From an uncultured Gemmataceae bacterium (GTDB lineage: Bacteria; Planctomycetota; Planctomycetia; Gemmatales; Gemmataceae), in the NCBI GenBank assembly GCA_963750165.1, contig CAVVPN010000003.1:1280001-1344000 (forward strand): DNA of 64,000 bases, read 5' to 3'. Below the pieces are notes generated by a model. The model saw only the letters and a program-made list of their open reading frames with translations, was not told where the DNA came from and did not search any database. Below are positions 19,401 to 27,853 of this stretch, piece after piece (position 1 is the stretch's first letter; each line of letters begins with the position of its first letter). The position numbers and the translations under genes were made by a program.

Positions 19401-22317
19401 CGTGCTGTACACCGCTGGCCAACAGGGGGGCTCGGAATCAAACGGCCGTTTGCTCGTGTTGTTTGATAAGTCCGAAGCGATGAAGGAAAAAGAAAAGGCC
19501 ATGGACAAGGCGGCAGCGAAGCAGTGGACGGAGGTTGACGGCAAGGAGGAAAAGGAGCTTCGAAACGCATTGCCGGAAATCTTACAAGCTCAGCGGAATG
19601 CACCCGTCATGTTGACGCGCGTCAAGGTGTTCGATGACGCAGGGCTGGGGGACGAAATCCGCCAACTCAACGAGTTGCTCCGCGAACAGAAGGGCATCAG
19701 GGGTCAGCTGGAAATCGGTCTCGATCCCAAGCAGGGCAAACAGAGACCCGCTGACAAGAAAGAACCGCCGGCCAAGCGCGACCCGGAAGGCCAAGGCAAA
19801 GCAGTGATGGGGAAGGATAAGATGCCTGAACCTGCCTTGGAGCTTATGGTCCCCGCCGGCATCGTCGCCAAGGATCTGCCTCTCGGAGCGAAACTCCGAC
19901 AATTGGCCCTGCAACAGGGGGAACAAGAGATCCTGCCATTGCTGGAACGCATGGACGACGGTAAGCGTGGTCAGAACTTCCAACTCAAGGCCCTTGTGGG
20001 GGAGTACCTCCAGGCCGGCGGCGAGAAACGCAAGAAGTTCTTCCGCGAGATGGAAGGGCTCGAACCGCATCTGCGGCGCAGGCTCGTCCAGCTGCTGGAA
20101 CAGGCGTATGAGCCCTGGGTGGTGCGGCAGTACGCTCACAAGCACACCGCGGCGGCCGACGCGCTCCGCACCGACTTCACCGACACCGTCTGCTGGCAGC
20201 CCGTGCTGGTGCTGCCCGCCGGCAAGACCACCGAGGTGCAGTTCGACCTCAACGACTCCGTGACGCGCTTCCAGATCCTCGTCGCCGGCTGCGACGCCGA
20301 CGGCCGGCTCGGCAGCGCCACGAAAGAATTCGCGGCGAAGCTGCCGTTCAGCCTGCACCCCAAACTGCCGGGCGAAATCAGCAGCGGCGACCGGCTCACG
20401 GTGCCGGTGACGCTCGCCAACGACACGAAGCAGCCGAGCCAGGTGACCGTCTCCGTCAAGGCCGACGGCCTCAAGGTGGCGGGCGCCGCCGCGGTGACCC
20501 GCAAGGTCGGCGGCCAGACGCGGACACGGACGCTGTTCGACCTGACGCCCACCACGGTGGACGGCGTCGCCACGCTGCGTTTCCTGGGCCGCGGCGACCC
20601 GTTCGGCCTCGACGCCATCCAGAAGAAGATTCGCATTGTCCCCGATGGCTATCCCGTGGAAAAATCGCTGAGCGACGTGCTCAGCGGCAACGTTGTCAAC
20701 ACGGTGACGCTGCCGGGGCGGCGCGACCAGTGGGTGGCGGGCACGCTGAAGCTGCAGGCCCAGGTGTTCCCGTCAACGCTATCCGAATTGCAGCAGAGCA
20801 TGGCGGGGATGCTGCGCGAGCCCTACGGCTGCTTCGAGCAGACCAGCAGCAGCAATTATCCGAACGCGCTCATCCTCAGCTACCTGAAGGAGCACGGCCA
20901 GGTGCAGCCGGACATCGAGAAGCGGGCGCAGGACCTGCTGACGCGCGGCTACGCCCGGCTGATCGGCTTCGAGTGCAACAACCCGAACCCGCAGCAGGGG
21001 CCGCCGAAGCGGGGCTTCGAGTGGTTCGGCGGCAATGCTCCGCCGCACGAGGCCCTGACCGCCTACGGCCTGCTGGAGTTCACCGACATGGCGAAGGTAT
21101 TCCCGGTGGACATGGACATGGTGGCGCGGACGAAGACATTCCTGCTGAAGCAGCGCGACGGCAACGGCGGTTTCAACAAGCGGCAGGGCGGCTTCGATGG
21201 CTTCGGCCGGGCGCCGGCGGAATTGACCGACGCTTACATCCTGTGGGCGCTGTCCGAGGCCGGCGCCGCCAATGAAATCCAGCGTGAACTGAACGCCCAG
21301 CACGCCGCGGCGAAGGTCAGCAAGGATTCGTACTTCATCGCGCTGATCGGCCTGAGCTTGCAGAACGCCGGCCGCACGGACGACGCGGTGGCGCTGCTGC
21401 GGCGGCTGCTGGCGGCGCAGCAAAAAGACGGCCACGTCGGCGGCGCCACGACGAGCATCACGCGCTCCGGTGGCCAGAATTTGCACCTGGAGACGACGGC
21501 GCTGGCGGTGCTGGGCTGGCAGAAGGCCAAACGGCCCGACTTCCAGGCGCCGATCCAGAAGGCGATTCGCTGGATTGGTCAGCAGCGCAACGGCGGCGGC
21601 TCGTTCGGCACGACACAGGCGACGGTGCTGTCGCTCAAGGCGCTGCTGACGCACGCCCGCGACAGCAAGCACATGGCGAAGGACGGCGAGGTGCGGCTGT
21701 ACGTCGGCACTGCGAAGGACCCGGTGGTGGTGCAGAAGTTCACGGCCGGCCAGCAGGGGGTGATCACGCTGCCGCTGGCGGACGTGGAGAAGTTGCTGCA
21801 ACCGGGCGACAATCAGGTGCGGCTGGAGCTGACGGGCGGCAACGTGCTGCCGTACACGCTGGCGTGGTCGTACCGGACGGTGACGCCGGTGTCGCACGCC
21901 GACGCGCCGCTGTCGCTGCTGACGAAGCTGGACCGTAACGCCGCGAAGGAGGGCGACACGGTGCGGCTGACGGTCGAGCTGAAGAGCGTCAAGAAGGCGG
22001 ACGGCATGGCGGTCGCGGTGATCGGCCTGCCCGCGGGGCTGATGCTGCCGGACAACCTGGAAGAGTTGAAGCAGCTGGTGAAGCTGCGCGACAACGGCAC
22101 GAAGCCGGGCGAGGTGGATCACTTCGAGGTGCAGGGCCGCGAGCTGGTGCTGTACTGGCGGCAGGCGCCGGCGGCGCGGACGGTGACGTTGTCGCTGATC
22201 TGTCAGAACCCGGGCACGTTCCGCGGGCCGGCGAGCCGGGCGTACCTGTATTATCAGCCGGAGCGCAAGGCGTGGGTCGAGCCGCTGGGCGTGACCGTGA
22301 CGCCAGCGGCAGAGTGA
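16477..22317 (+). CDS. Zinc-finger anti-sigma domain fused to alpha-2-macroglobulin family protein (1946 aa)
   Basis: N-terminal C..HLAGCPAC (zf-HC2/ZAS) plus TM helix; MG motifs TDRPLYRPGDTV, FFPEGG, TDRDEYAPGQKV, LAVVD, RTDFTDTVCW; thioester PYGCFEQT at 20821-20844; C-terminal ASRAYLYY. Confidence 0.9.
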   Translation: MNCDHAQPRLLDQLFGLLDDTEQQELQAHLAGCPACQAALEQAKQQQLVLGIAAKGDFSQVSFEPPALPLRHPAPEPTLQLKRPAAVRRNWSRWGAAAAVLLAIGAGAALVAWPWARHAEEIAAAERRQHEAQAARSRLDADETARQAKADAELRAVHEQINVLRERWERETNKDMEISVTGPEDLQAGAPTTYTIETHRLLKDQAAYRKAPARIGVQVLEARSNKVLYASKQLASNGKVDLQLPGDLAITPETELLLQVNAENTDGKKVEVTERLKLTGPRYLTHLATDRPLYRPGDTVRARSLTLQRVSLKPPAQELELRFRLTDGQGKKLFEHIGNARVRLDARTKDLLKDSDGTVLNGYGVANFALPEELPEGVYTLTVSEERNRFPAEKRTFLVRRFQTPRLNKEVEYHRASYGPGDAVQANCVVRRVEGGAAVAGQPVEASVRVDGQDVPVEHTGKLATDAAGRVTVKFRLPEKLVDGRGSLSVVFHDGKIIETLDRPLPIALNRLHIEFFPEGGDLVAGAANRVYFQARTPLGRPAELRGQIIDLGTFGLSGLAPGDPVAAVQTLSDDKEPGVNQGLGAFHFTPRAGHIYALKIDTPKGMPGFYPLPAVRPAGVVLHTPQGVVTDGIEVKLYNAGRPRHLLVGAYCRGRLVHQQTVACPADAERAVALRPPTGVNGVFRVTVFEMLPDRVLKPLAERLIYRPARERLAFNVKTDRDEYAPGQKVTVRVNADDEQQKPAAAVALLAVVDHSVLKLADEKTYRSLPTHFYLTTEVGKADDLEHADFLLTDHPKATQTLDLLLGTQGWRRFAEQPQQDAEQQKELWIKHKADADRLLFASAVTTRQGDEELFQKLAVTLVTEAKELKRKHQQVVTDRQARVAQAAAERKRLQSEEYTATVDIGDAEAGLTGYQNQLVHVGGKLAALGLLVLGFVGIIVGAMRSSHHQKEGRLALTAGFGAFVLLVVGGFAVVLYTAGQQGGSESNGRLLVLFDKSEAMKEKEKAMDKAAAKQWTEVDGKEEKELRNALPEILQAQRNAPVMLTRVKVFDDAGLGDEIRQLNELLREQKGIRGQLEIGLDPKQGKQRPADKKEPPAKRDPEGQGKAVMGKDKMPEPALELMVPAGIVAKDLPLGAKLRQLALQQGEQEILPLLERMDDGKRGQNFQLKALVGEYLQAGGEKRKKFFREMEGLEPHLRRRLVQLLEQAYEPWVVRQYAHKHTAAADALRTDFTDTVCWQPVLVLPAGKTTEVQFDLNDSVTRFQILVAGCDADGRLGSATKEFAAKLPFSLHPKLPGEISSGDRLTVPVTLANDTKQPSQVTVSVKADGLKVAGAAAVTRKVGGQTRTRTLFDLTPTTVDGVATLRFLGRGDPFGLDAIQKKIRIVPDGYPVEKSLSDVLSGNVVNTVTLPGRRDQWVAGTLKLQAQVFPSTLSELQQSMAGMLREPYGCFEQTSSSNYPNALILSYLKEHGQVQPDIEKRAQDLLTRGYARLIGFECNNPNPQQGPPKRGFEWFGGNAPPHEALTAYGLLEFTDMAKVFPVDMDMVARTKTFLLKQRDGNGGFNKRQGGFDGFGRAPAELTDAYILWALSEAGAANEIQRELNAQHAAAKVSKDSYFIALIGLSLQNAGRTDDAVALLRRLLAAQQKDGHVGGATTSITRSGGQNLHLETTALAVLGWQKAKRPDFQAPIQKAIRWIGQQRNGGGSFGTTQATVLSLKALLTHARDSKHMAKDGEVRLYVGTAKDPVVVQKFTAGQQGVITLPLADVEKLLQPGDNQVRLELTGGNVLPYTLAWSYRTVTPVSHADAPLSLLTKLDRNAAKEGDTVRLTVELKSVKKADGMAVAVIGLPAGLMLPDNLEELKQLVKLRDNGTKPGEVDHFEVQGRELVLYWRQAPAARTVTLSLICQNPGTFRGPASRAYLYYQPERKAWVEPLGVTVTPAAE

Positions 22318-22325
22318 CGGGAAGA

Positions 22326-22397
22326 GCGCCAAGCCGCAAGCGGCAGAAAGCTGGGGTGACGCGTCATCCCTTCTTTCTGCCGCTTGCGGCTTGGTGC
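22326..22397. repeat. GCGCCAAGCCGCAAGCGGCAG inverted doublet (REP-like; may act as terminator)
   Basis: Inverted pair right after the A2M stop codon; family members at 15178, 15626, 33087, 42632, 44493, 61813. Confidence 0.85.
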
Positions 22398-22439
22398 GGG
22401 GGCCAGGCACATCCTGGGCGAGGCGTCAGCCGGTGCCAT

Positions 22440-22589
22440 TCTCGACGTGCGAAAATGTTGGCCCCCTTGGCCCCCTTGGCCCCCTTGCTCGGTCAGCCGG
22501 CGTCACCGTGCGACGCGCTGTGCCAGCAAGGCATCCGCATCTCGACGTATGAAAAAGTTGGCGTTCTTGGCGTTCTTGGCGTCCTTGCT
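22440..22589. repeat. Pair of 50-bp direct repeats with internal 9-bp units, 100-bp period
   Basis: tctcgacgtRYgaaaaWg(ttggcNNNc)x3 ttgct at 22440-22489 and 22540-22589; same motif pair at 46116-46275. Confidence 0.85.
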
Positions 22590-22658
22590 ATGCCGCCAAC
22601 CGTCACCCAGGGCCACGCTTGCACAGCATGCCTTTTGATCCTGAATTAGCGCTCCACC

Positions 22659-24802
22659 TCACGCCGGATAAAATCCCTTGCCCGCTGCCGCCAGCTTGCG
22701 CATCTGCTCCGTCGGCTGGAAGCGCAGCCCCAGCGCTTCGTAGCGGCTCAGCTTTTCCAGCACCGTCTTGAGCCCGAGCGTGTCCGCCCAGCGCAGGATG
22801 CCGCCGCGGAACGGCGGAAAGCCGATGCCCAGAATCAGGCCCATGTCCACGTCGCCCGGCTCGCGCACAATGCCCTCGGTCAGCACCCGGCTTGCCTCCA
22901 CCAGCATCGGCAGGAACAACCGATCCGTCAGTTCCTCCTGCGTGAACTGCTTCTGCCCGGTGCGCACGCGCTCCAGGATCGCCGCGAACGCCGGATCGTC
23001 CGCGCCCTTGCCGCCCTTCAGGTAGCTGTAAAAGCCGGCCCCGCTCTTCTGACCGAGCCGGCCCGCGGCGACCAGCTCGCCGAGGATGCGCGTCGGCTTC
23101 GCCCGGTCGGCGAACGCGGTGTTGACCACCTGCCCCGCATACAGCGACGTGTCCAGGCCCACCAGATCGTTGAGCGTCACCGGCCCCATCGGCATGCCGA
23201 ACGCCACCGCCGCTTTATCGATGTCGCGCGGGTTGGCCCCCTCCTCCAGCAGCACCAGCGACTCGTTGAGGTACGGGAACAGGATGCGATTCACCAGGAA
23301 CCCCGGACAGTCGCGCACGACAATCGGCGTCTTGCCGATGCGCCGCGCCAGCGCCACCAGCGTCGCCACCGCCTCGTCGCCGGTCTTTTCTCCGCGGATC
23401 ACCTCCACCAGCTGCATGCGATCCACCGGGTTGAAGAAGTGCATGCCCGCGAAGCGCTCCGGCCGAGACCACGCCTGGGCCATGCGCGTGATGGAAATCG
23501 TCGAGGTGTTCGACGCCAGAATCACGTCCTGCCGCAGAATCTGTCGCAGCTGGCCATACATCTCCGTCTTGGCCGCCTCATTCTCGACGATGGCCTCGAT
23601 GACCACGTCGCAGTCGCGCAGCAGTTCCAGGTTGCTGGTCGTGGTCAGGCGCATCATGGCCGTGATCATTTCCGCGGGCGTCATGCGGCCGATCTCAATA
23701 CGGCCCTGCATGCTCTTGGCGATGGCGGCGACGCCCTTCTCCAGCGCCGCGGGCACCTTGTCGATCATGACGGCAGGCAGACCGCGGCGGATGTGAGCGC
23801 CGGCGATGCCCGCGCCCATGATGCCGGCGCCGAGCACACCGACGCGCTGCACGTCGCGCGGTTTTACATTCGGATCGCTGACGCCGGGATCCTTCGCCAG
23901 CCGCTGCTGCTGGAAAAAGATGGCGATCAGGTTGCGCGAGATCGGGCTGCCGACCAGTGGCAGGAACGACTCCGTTTCGACCTGGAGGCCGTCCGTTAGC
24001 GGCAGGTTACAGCCCTTGATGATCGCGTCCAGCGCTGCCAGCGGCGCCGGCAGCTGGCCCCTGGTTTTCATCAGCACCTGCCCGCGCACCACCGCGGCGG
24101 TGAAGCTCAACTCCTCCTCGGTGAGACCGACCGGTTGCCGCTTGCGCCGGCGCAACTCCTGCCAGTCGCCGCTGTCGATGGACCAGTGGATGAGCCGCAC
24201 CGCCTCGTCCTGGAGGCGTTCGCTCGGCACCGCGTCGAAGACGATGTGCAGCTCGCGCGCCGCTGGGCGTTGACCGCGTCGCCGGGGCAGATCAGCTCCG
24301 CCGCCAGTGCCGGGCCGATGAGCCGCGTCAGCCGCTGCGTGCCGCCCCAACCGGGGATGATGCCGATTTTCGTCTCGGGCAAACCGATCTCCGTCTTCGG
24401 ATGCGAGCCGGCCAGGCGGTAGTCGAAGCCGAGCGCGAATTCCGTGCCGCCACCCATGCAGGCACCGTCGATCAGCGCCACCGTCGGGAACGGCAGTTCC
24501 TCGAACGCGGCGATGATGTTCAGGCCGCGGGCGGTTAGCTTGCGCATCATGTCCGGCGTCGCGTTGCTGGCGCCGAGTTCCTTCAGGTCGGCCCCGGCGA
24601 TGAACATGCCCGGCTTGCCGCTGCGCAGGATCAGGCCGCGCACGTCCGTGCGGCCCCGGAGTTCGGCGAGCACCTGCTCGAACTCCGCCTGGATGGGCTG
24701 GCCGAGCGTGTTGGCCCGGCTGCCGGGCAGGTCGAAGGTCAACACCGCGATGCCGTCCTCGCCGATGTGCAGGCCGAGGGCCGCCGAAGACGCCTGTGCC
24801 AT
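22659..24802 (-). CDS. fadJ: Fatty acid oxidation complex alpha subunit (enoyl-CoA hydratase / 3-hydroxyacyl-CoA dehydrogenase, FadJ/FadB type); frameshift at ~24261
   Basis: FIAGADL, CMGGGTE, GLPETKIGIIPGWGGTQRL in ORF 24107-24829; GVLGAGIMG, ASNTSTI, GMHFFNPV, GFLVNR, GFPPFRGG in ORF 22659-24350; GGAGG RBS before ATG 24802. Confidence 0.9.
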
Positions 24803-24822
24803 TTCTTCATCCTCCTTCGGAG

Positions 24823-24935
24823 GAGTCATTAGCCATTAGTCATTAGTCATTAGTTATCTGGGTTGGGGAGCCGGGCGAGCGTCTCGGCTCCCCAACCCAG
24901 ATAACTAATGACTAATGACTGATGACTAATGACTC
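24823..24935. repeat. Long palindrome whose arms carry (TCATTAG)x4 heptamer arrays
   Basis: gagtcattag ccattag tcattag tcattag ttatctgggttgggg ... ccccaacccagataa ctaatga ctaatga ctgatga ctaatga ctc. Confidence 0.9.
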
Positions 24936-24937
24936 TT

Positions 24938-25705
24938 TCAGTCCAGTTCCTTGATGTAGATGTTCTTGAACTGCACCAGGCTGGGCGGCCCACTCCACTG
25001 ATTCGTCCTGGCGTTCCAGCCGCCGTGATGCTGCAGCGCAATCGGCCCCTCCGCCGGAATGCCCGGCAGCTGCGCGTTCGTGATGACCTCCGCGCCGTTC
25101 AGCTTCACCCACAATCGGTCGCCCTTCAACGTGATCTCGAACGTGTTCCACTGACCGCGCGGCCGATCCATCTTCTTCTTTGGCGTCACGCCGGCGCGGA
25201 CCTCCTTCGGCATCTTCGCATCCATGCGGTAGCCGTACACCTCGCCCGAACCGACCGGCCACATCCAGATGTTCACCTGCGCCTTTGAACTGCCCCGCAG
25301 GTAGATGCCGGAGTCCACGTCTTCCAGTTCGACCTTGAGTTCCTTGCCGTTCGCGTCCTTCTTGTGGCTGCCGTCCGGCAGAATGACGGGCACCTTGTTC
25401 ATGTAGCCCTTGTCGGTCTTCAGCCGCCAATCAACACGCAGCACGAAGTTCTTGTAGGACTTCTGCGTCCACAGGTTCTTGTCCTTCTTGGCCTCGCTTT
25501 TGGCGTCGTAGTCGATGACACCGCCGTCGAGGATTTTCCAGTGACCGTTGTCGCCCGTGGGCACCTTCCAGCCGTCGAAGCTCTTGCCGTTGAACAGGAC
25601 CTTGAAGCCGGGCGGCGGTGTGTTGTCCGCCCCGGTCTGGCCTGGCGCCCCCAGCGCCAGCACCGCCACGACCAGCGGCGCCGGCAGCCAGCGCTTGTGC
25701 AGCAT
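24938..25705 (-). CDS. Secreted DUF1080 (3-keto-disaccharide hydrolase family) protein
   Basis: Signal peptide; LFNGKSFDGW, DSGIYLRG, GQWN, GPIALQHHG, FKNIYIKEL. Confidence 0.92.
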   Translation of the reverse strand: MLHKRWLPAPLVVAVLALGAPGQTGADNTPPPGFKVLFNGKSFDGWKVPTGDNGHWKILDGGVIDYDAKSEAKKDKNLWTQKSYKNFVLRVDWRLKTDKGYMNKVPVILPDGSHKKDANGKELKVELEDVDSGIYLRGSSKAQVNIWMWPVGSGEVYGYRMDAKMPKEVRAGVTPKKKMDRPRGQWNTFEITLKGDRLWVKLNGAEVITNAQLPGIPAEGPIALQHHGGWNARTNQWSGPPSLVQFKNIYIKELD

Positions 25706-25883
25706 GATGAACCTCCTTTGCGCTTCAGATGGTGAATACGCTCAGTCACAAGCTACGCAAAACGCGGGCAAAAAGAAGGCCGCGGGGCCGCCTGGCTTTG
25801 CGCCGCGGCGCTTGTAAAATGAAGGAAGAACAGCCCGCATCCACCCCCGCCGGATCGTCCCGGCGCTAGAAGGAGATCCACTC

Positions 25884-26264
25884 ATGGCGAAGGGCGCCGG
25901 CAAGGCTCGCAAGAAGTTACCGAAGGAACTCGCCGTCGTGCGCGCCGACAACTGCACCGGCTGCGAGGCCTGCATCGAAGTCTGTCCCGTCGATTGCATT
26001 TACAAGGTGCCCGGCGAGGAGCTGCCAACGCTGCAAAGCTTCGTGGACATCGACCTGGAACGCTGCATCGGCTGCGAGCTGTGCGCCAAGTGGTGCCCGT
26101 GGGACGCCATCGACATGGTGCCGACCATGCAAATCGCGGTCGCCGTCGCCGAAAAGGGCGGGCCGCCGGAGTACGTCGAGAAGAACTGGGACAAGCTGGT
26201 CGGCGCCGCCCAGTCGCTGGTGGAGCTGGCCGCCGAACAGCAGGCCGCCGCAGTCAAGAAATGA
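25884..26264 (+). CDS. 2x[4Fe-4S] ferredoxin
   Basis: CTGCEACIEVCP and CIGCELCAKWCP motifs; AAGGAG RBS. Confidence 0.95.
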   Translation: MAKGAGKARKKLPKELAVVRADNCTGCEACIEVCPVDCIYKVPGEELPTLQSFVDIDLERCIGCELCAKWCPWDAIDMVPTMQIAVAVAEKGGPPEYVEKNWDKLVGAAQSLVELAAEQQAAAVKK

Positions 26265-27826
26265 CGGCCCAGCCGTTGAGGGAGCGAACCATGCGGCACC
26301 GACAATCTTCCTCCTTCCCCCCTGGTGGGGGAGGGCCGGGGTGGGGGGGAATACCCTGTTTAAGCCGGGTCGATCCCCCCCACCCCGGCCCTCCCCCACC
26401 AGGGGGGAGGGAGAAGCGCTGCGGAGCGCAGCTATTGCTGGGCCTGCTGCTGACGCTGGCGGTCGGCTGCCAGCCGGCCGCCCGCTACGCCATCGACAAG
26501 ACCAGCCCGCCGGAGAAGGACGGGGACCGCAAGCCGGATCAGGTGCCGGCCGAGTTTGGCTATCGGCCGGCCATCCCGCCGCAGGACGTGCCGCTGGAAT
26601 TCGTCGCTTCCACCAGCGACGAGTGGGCGTATCTCCCGGAATTCTGGAACCCGCAGCCCCGGCCGAGCGCCGGCGTCCGTGCCGTTGGTTTCGCGCTGAC
26701 GCCGCTGGGGGCCACGGCCGCGGTGCTGCTGACGCAGGAGCCGGAGGTCATCAAGATCAAGGTGCCGCTCGGCCTGCCCGACCCGACGCCACACCTCCCG
26801 CCGAGCAACCCGCCGACACTCGCCAAATGGCGGCTCGGCAAGAAGCTGTTTTACGCCGAGATTCTGCCGCAAACCCCGCACACCGCCAAATCCTGCGTGG
26901 CCTGCCACCTGCCCGCGGAGGGCTACACCGACCGGGCGGCCGTATTGCCGGACATGCGGGTGAACACGCTGAGCCTCATCAACGTCGTGTACAACCGTCG
27001 GCAGTTCTGGGACGGCCGCGTCGGGCCGCTGGAGCAGATGATTCAGCGCAGCCTGGACGACGAGGGCCGGGCTCCGGGCACCCGCTGGGAGTACCAGCAT
27101 GTCTGGGGCGGTGTGGTCAAGCGGTTGAACAGCAAGACGGAGTTCCGCGAGGAGTTCGAGCGCGTCTTCCGCACGGGCCCGAGCATTGACAACGTCGGCA
27201 AGGCGCTGGCGACCTACCTGCGCACCCTGCTGGTGGGCGGTTCGCTGTACGACTGGGCTGAGAAGACGCGGCGGGAGCGCAAGGCGGCGACGCTCACGGC
27301 GGAGCACTTCACCGAGCACCTGCCGCCCGACGTGCGGAAGAAACTCGGCCGCGAGAAGGAAGACGCCAAGGCAGTGGCGAAGGAGCTGGAGCAGGGCTAT
27401 CAACTGTTCGTGACGAAGGCGCGCTGCGTCCAGTGCCACTCGGGGCCGCTGTTCACCGACCAGGATTACCACAACATCGGCGTGGACCCGAACAACCACG
27501 ACGGCCGCAACACCACGGCCCCGCTGGGCCTGAAGGACCGTCGCTACATCGGCGCCTTCCGCACGCCGACGCTGCGCAACCTGCCGCGAACCAGGCCGTA
27601 CATGCACACTGGCGAACTGGAGACGCTGCGCGACGTGCTGAATCATTACAATAACGGCATCCCCAAACAGGTCGCGGACAAATACCTGGACCCGGTGCTT
27701 CAGGACGCCATCGGGGCCACCCGCACGCTCAATCTGTCCGTCGCCGAACTGGACGCCCTGGAATTGTTCCTGCGGGCGCTGGACGGCGGCGCGGTGCCGG
27801 CGGTGGTCGCGGACGAGAAGAAGTAG
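26261..27826 (+). CDS. Di-heme cytochrome c peroxidase / MauG family lipoprotein (start 26261 or 26291)
   Basis: CVACH and CVQCH heme motifs, LGKKLF, QFWDGR, FRTPTLRN, PYMHTG; lipobox LAVGC; ATGA overlap with the ferredoxin stop. Confidence 0.9.
   Translation: MTAQPLRERTMRHRQSSSFPPGGGGPGWGGIPCLSRVDPPHPGPPPPGGREKRCGAQLLLGLLLTLAVGCQPAARYAIDKTSPPEKDGDRKPDQVPAEFGYRPAIPPQDVPLEFVASTSDEWAYLPEFWNPQPRPSAGVRAVGFALTPLGATAAVLLTQEPEVIKIKVPLGLPDPTPHLPPSNPPTLAKWRLGKKLFYAEILPQTPHTAKSCVACHLPAEGYTDRAAVLPDMRVNTLSLINVVYNRRQFWDGRVGPLEQMIQRSLDDEGRAPGTRWEYQHVWGGVVKRLNSKTEFREEFERVFRTGPSIDNVGKALATYLRTLLVGGSLYDWAEKTRRERKAATLTAEHFTEHLPPDVRKKLGREKEDAKAVAKELEQGYQLFVTKARCVQCHSGPLFTDQDYHNIGVDPNNHDGRNTTAPLGLKDRRYIGAFRTPTLRNLPRTRPYMHTGELETLRDVLNHYNNGIPKQVADKYLDPVLQDAIGATRTLNLSVAELDALELFLRALDGGAVPAVVADEKK
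26307..26416. repeat. Palindromic repeat element (CCCCCACCCCGGCCCTCCCCCACCAGGGGGGAGGG type) inside the 5' end of the peroxidase ORF
   Basis: Long imperfect inverted repeat; partial copy at ~41615-41640. Confidence 0.85.
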
Positions 27827-27853
27827 CGAGTTTCTGACGCCTGGAGGCGACGG

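Noticed and set aside
16318..22410. Long antisense ORFs (16318-19422 and 20779-22410, and similar ones such as 50842-52833 and 34405-36609)
   Set aside because: Shadow ORFs opposite well-supported genes, expected in high-GC DNA, with no recognisable motifs.
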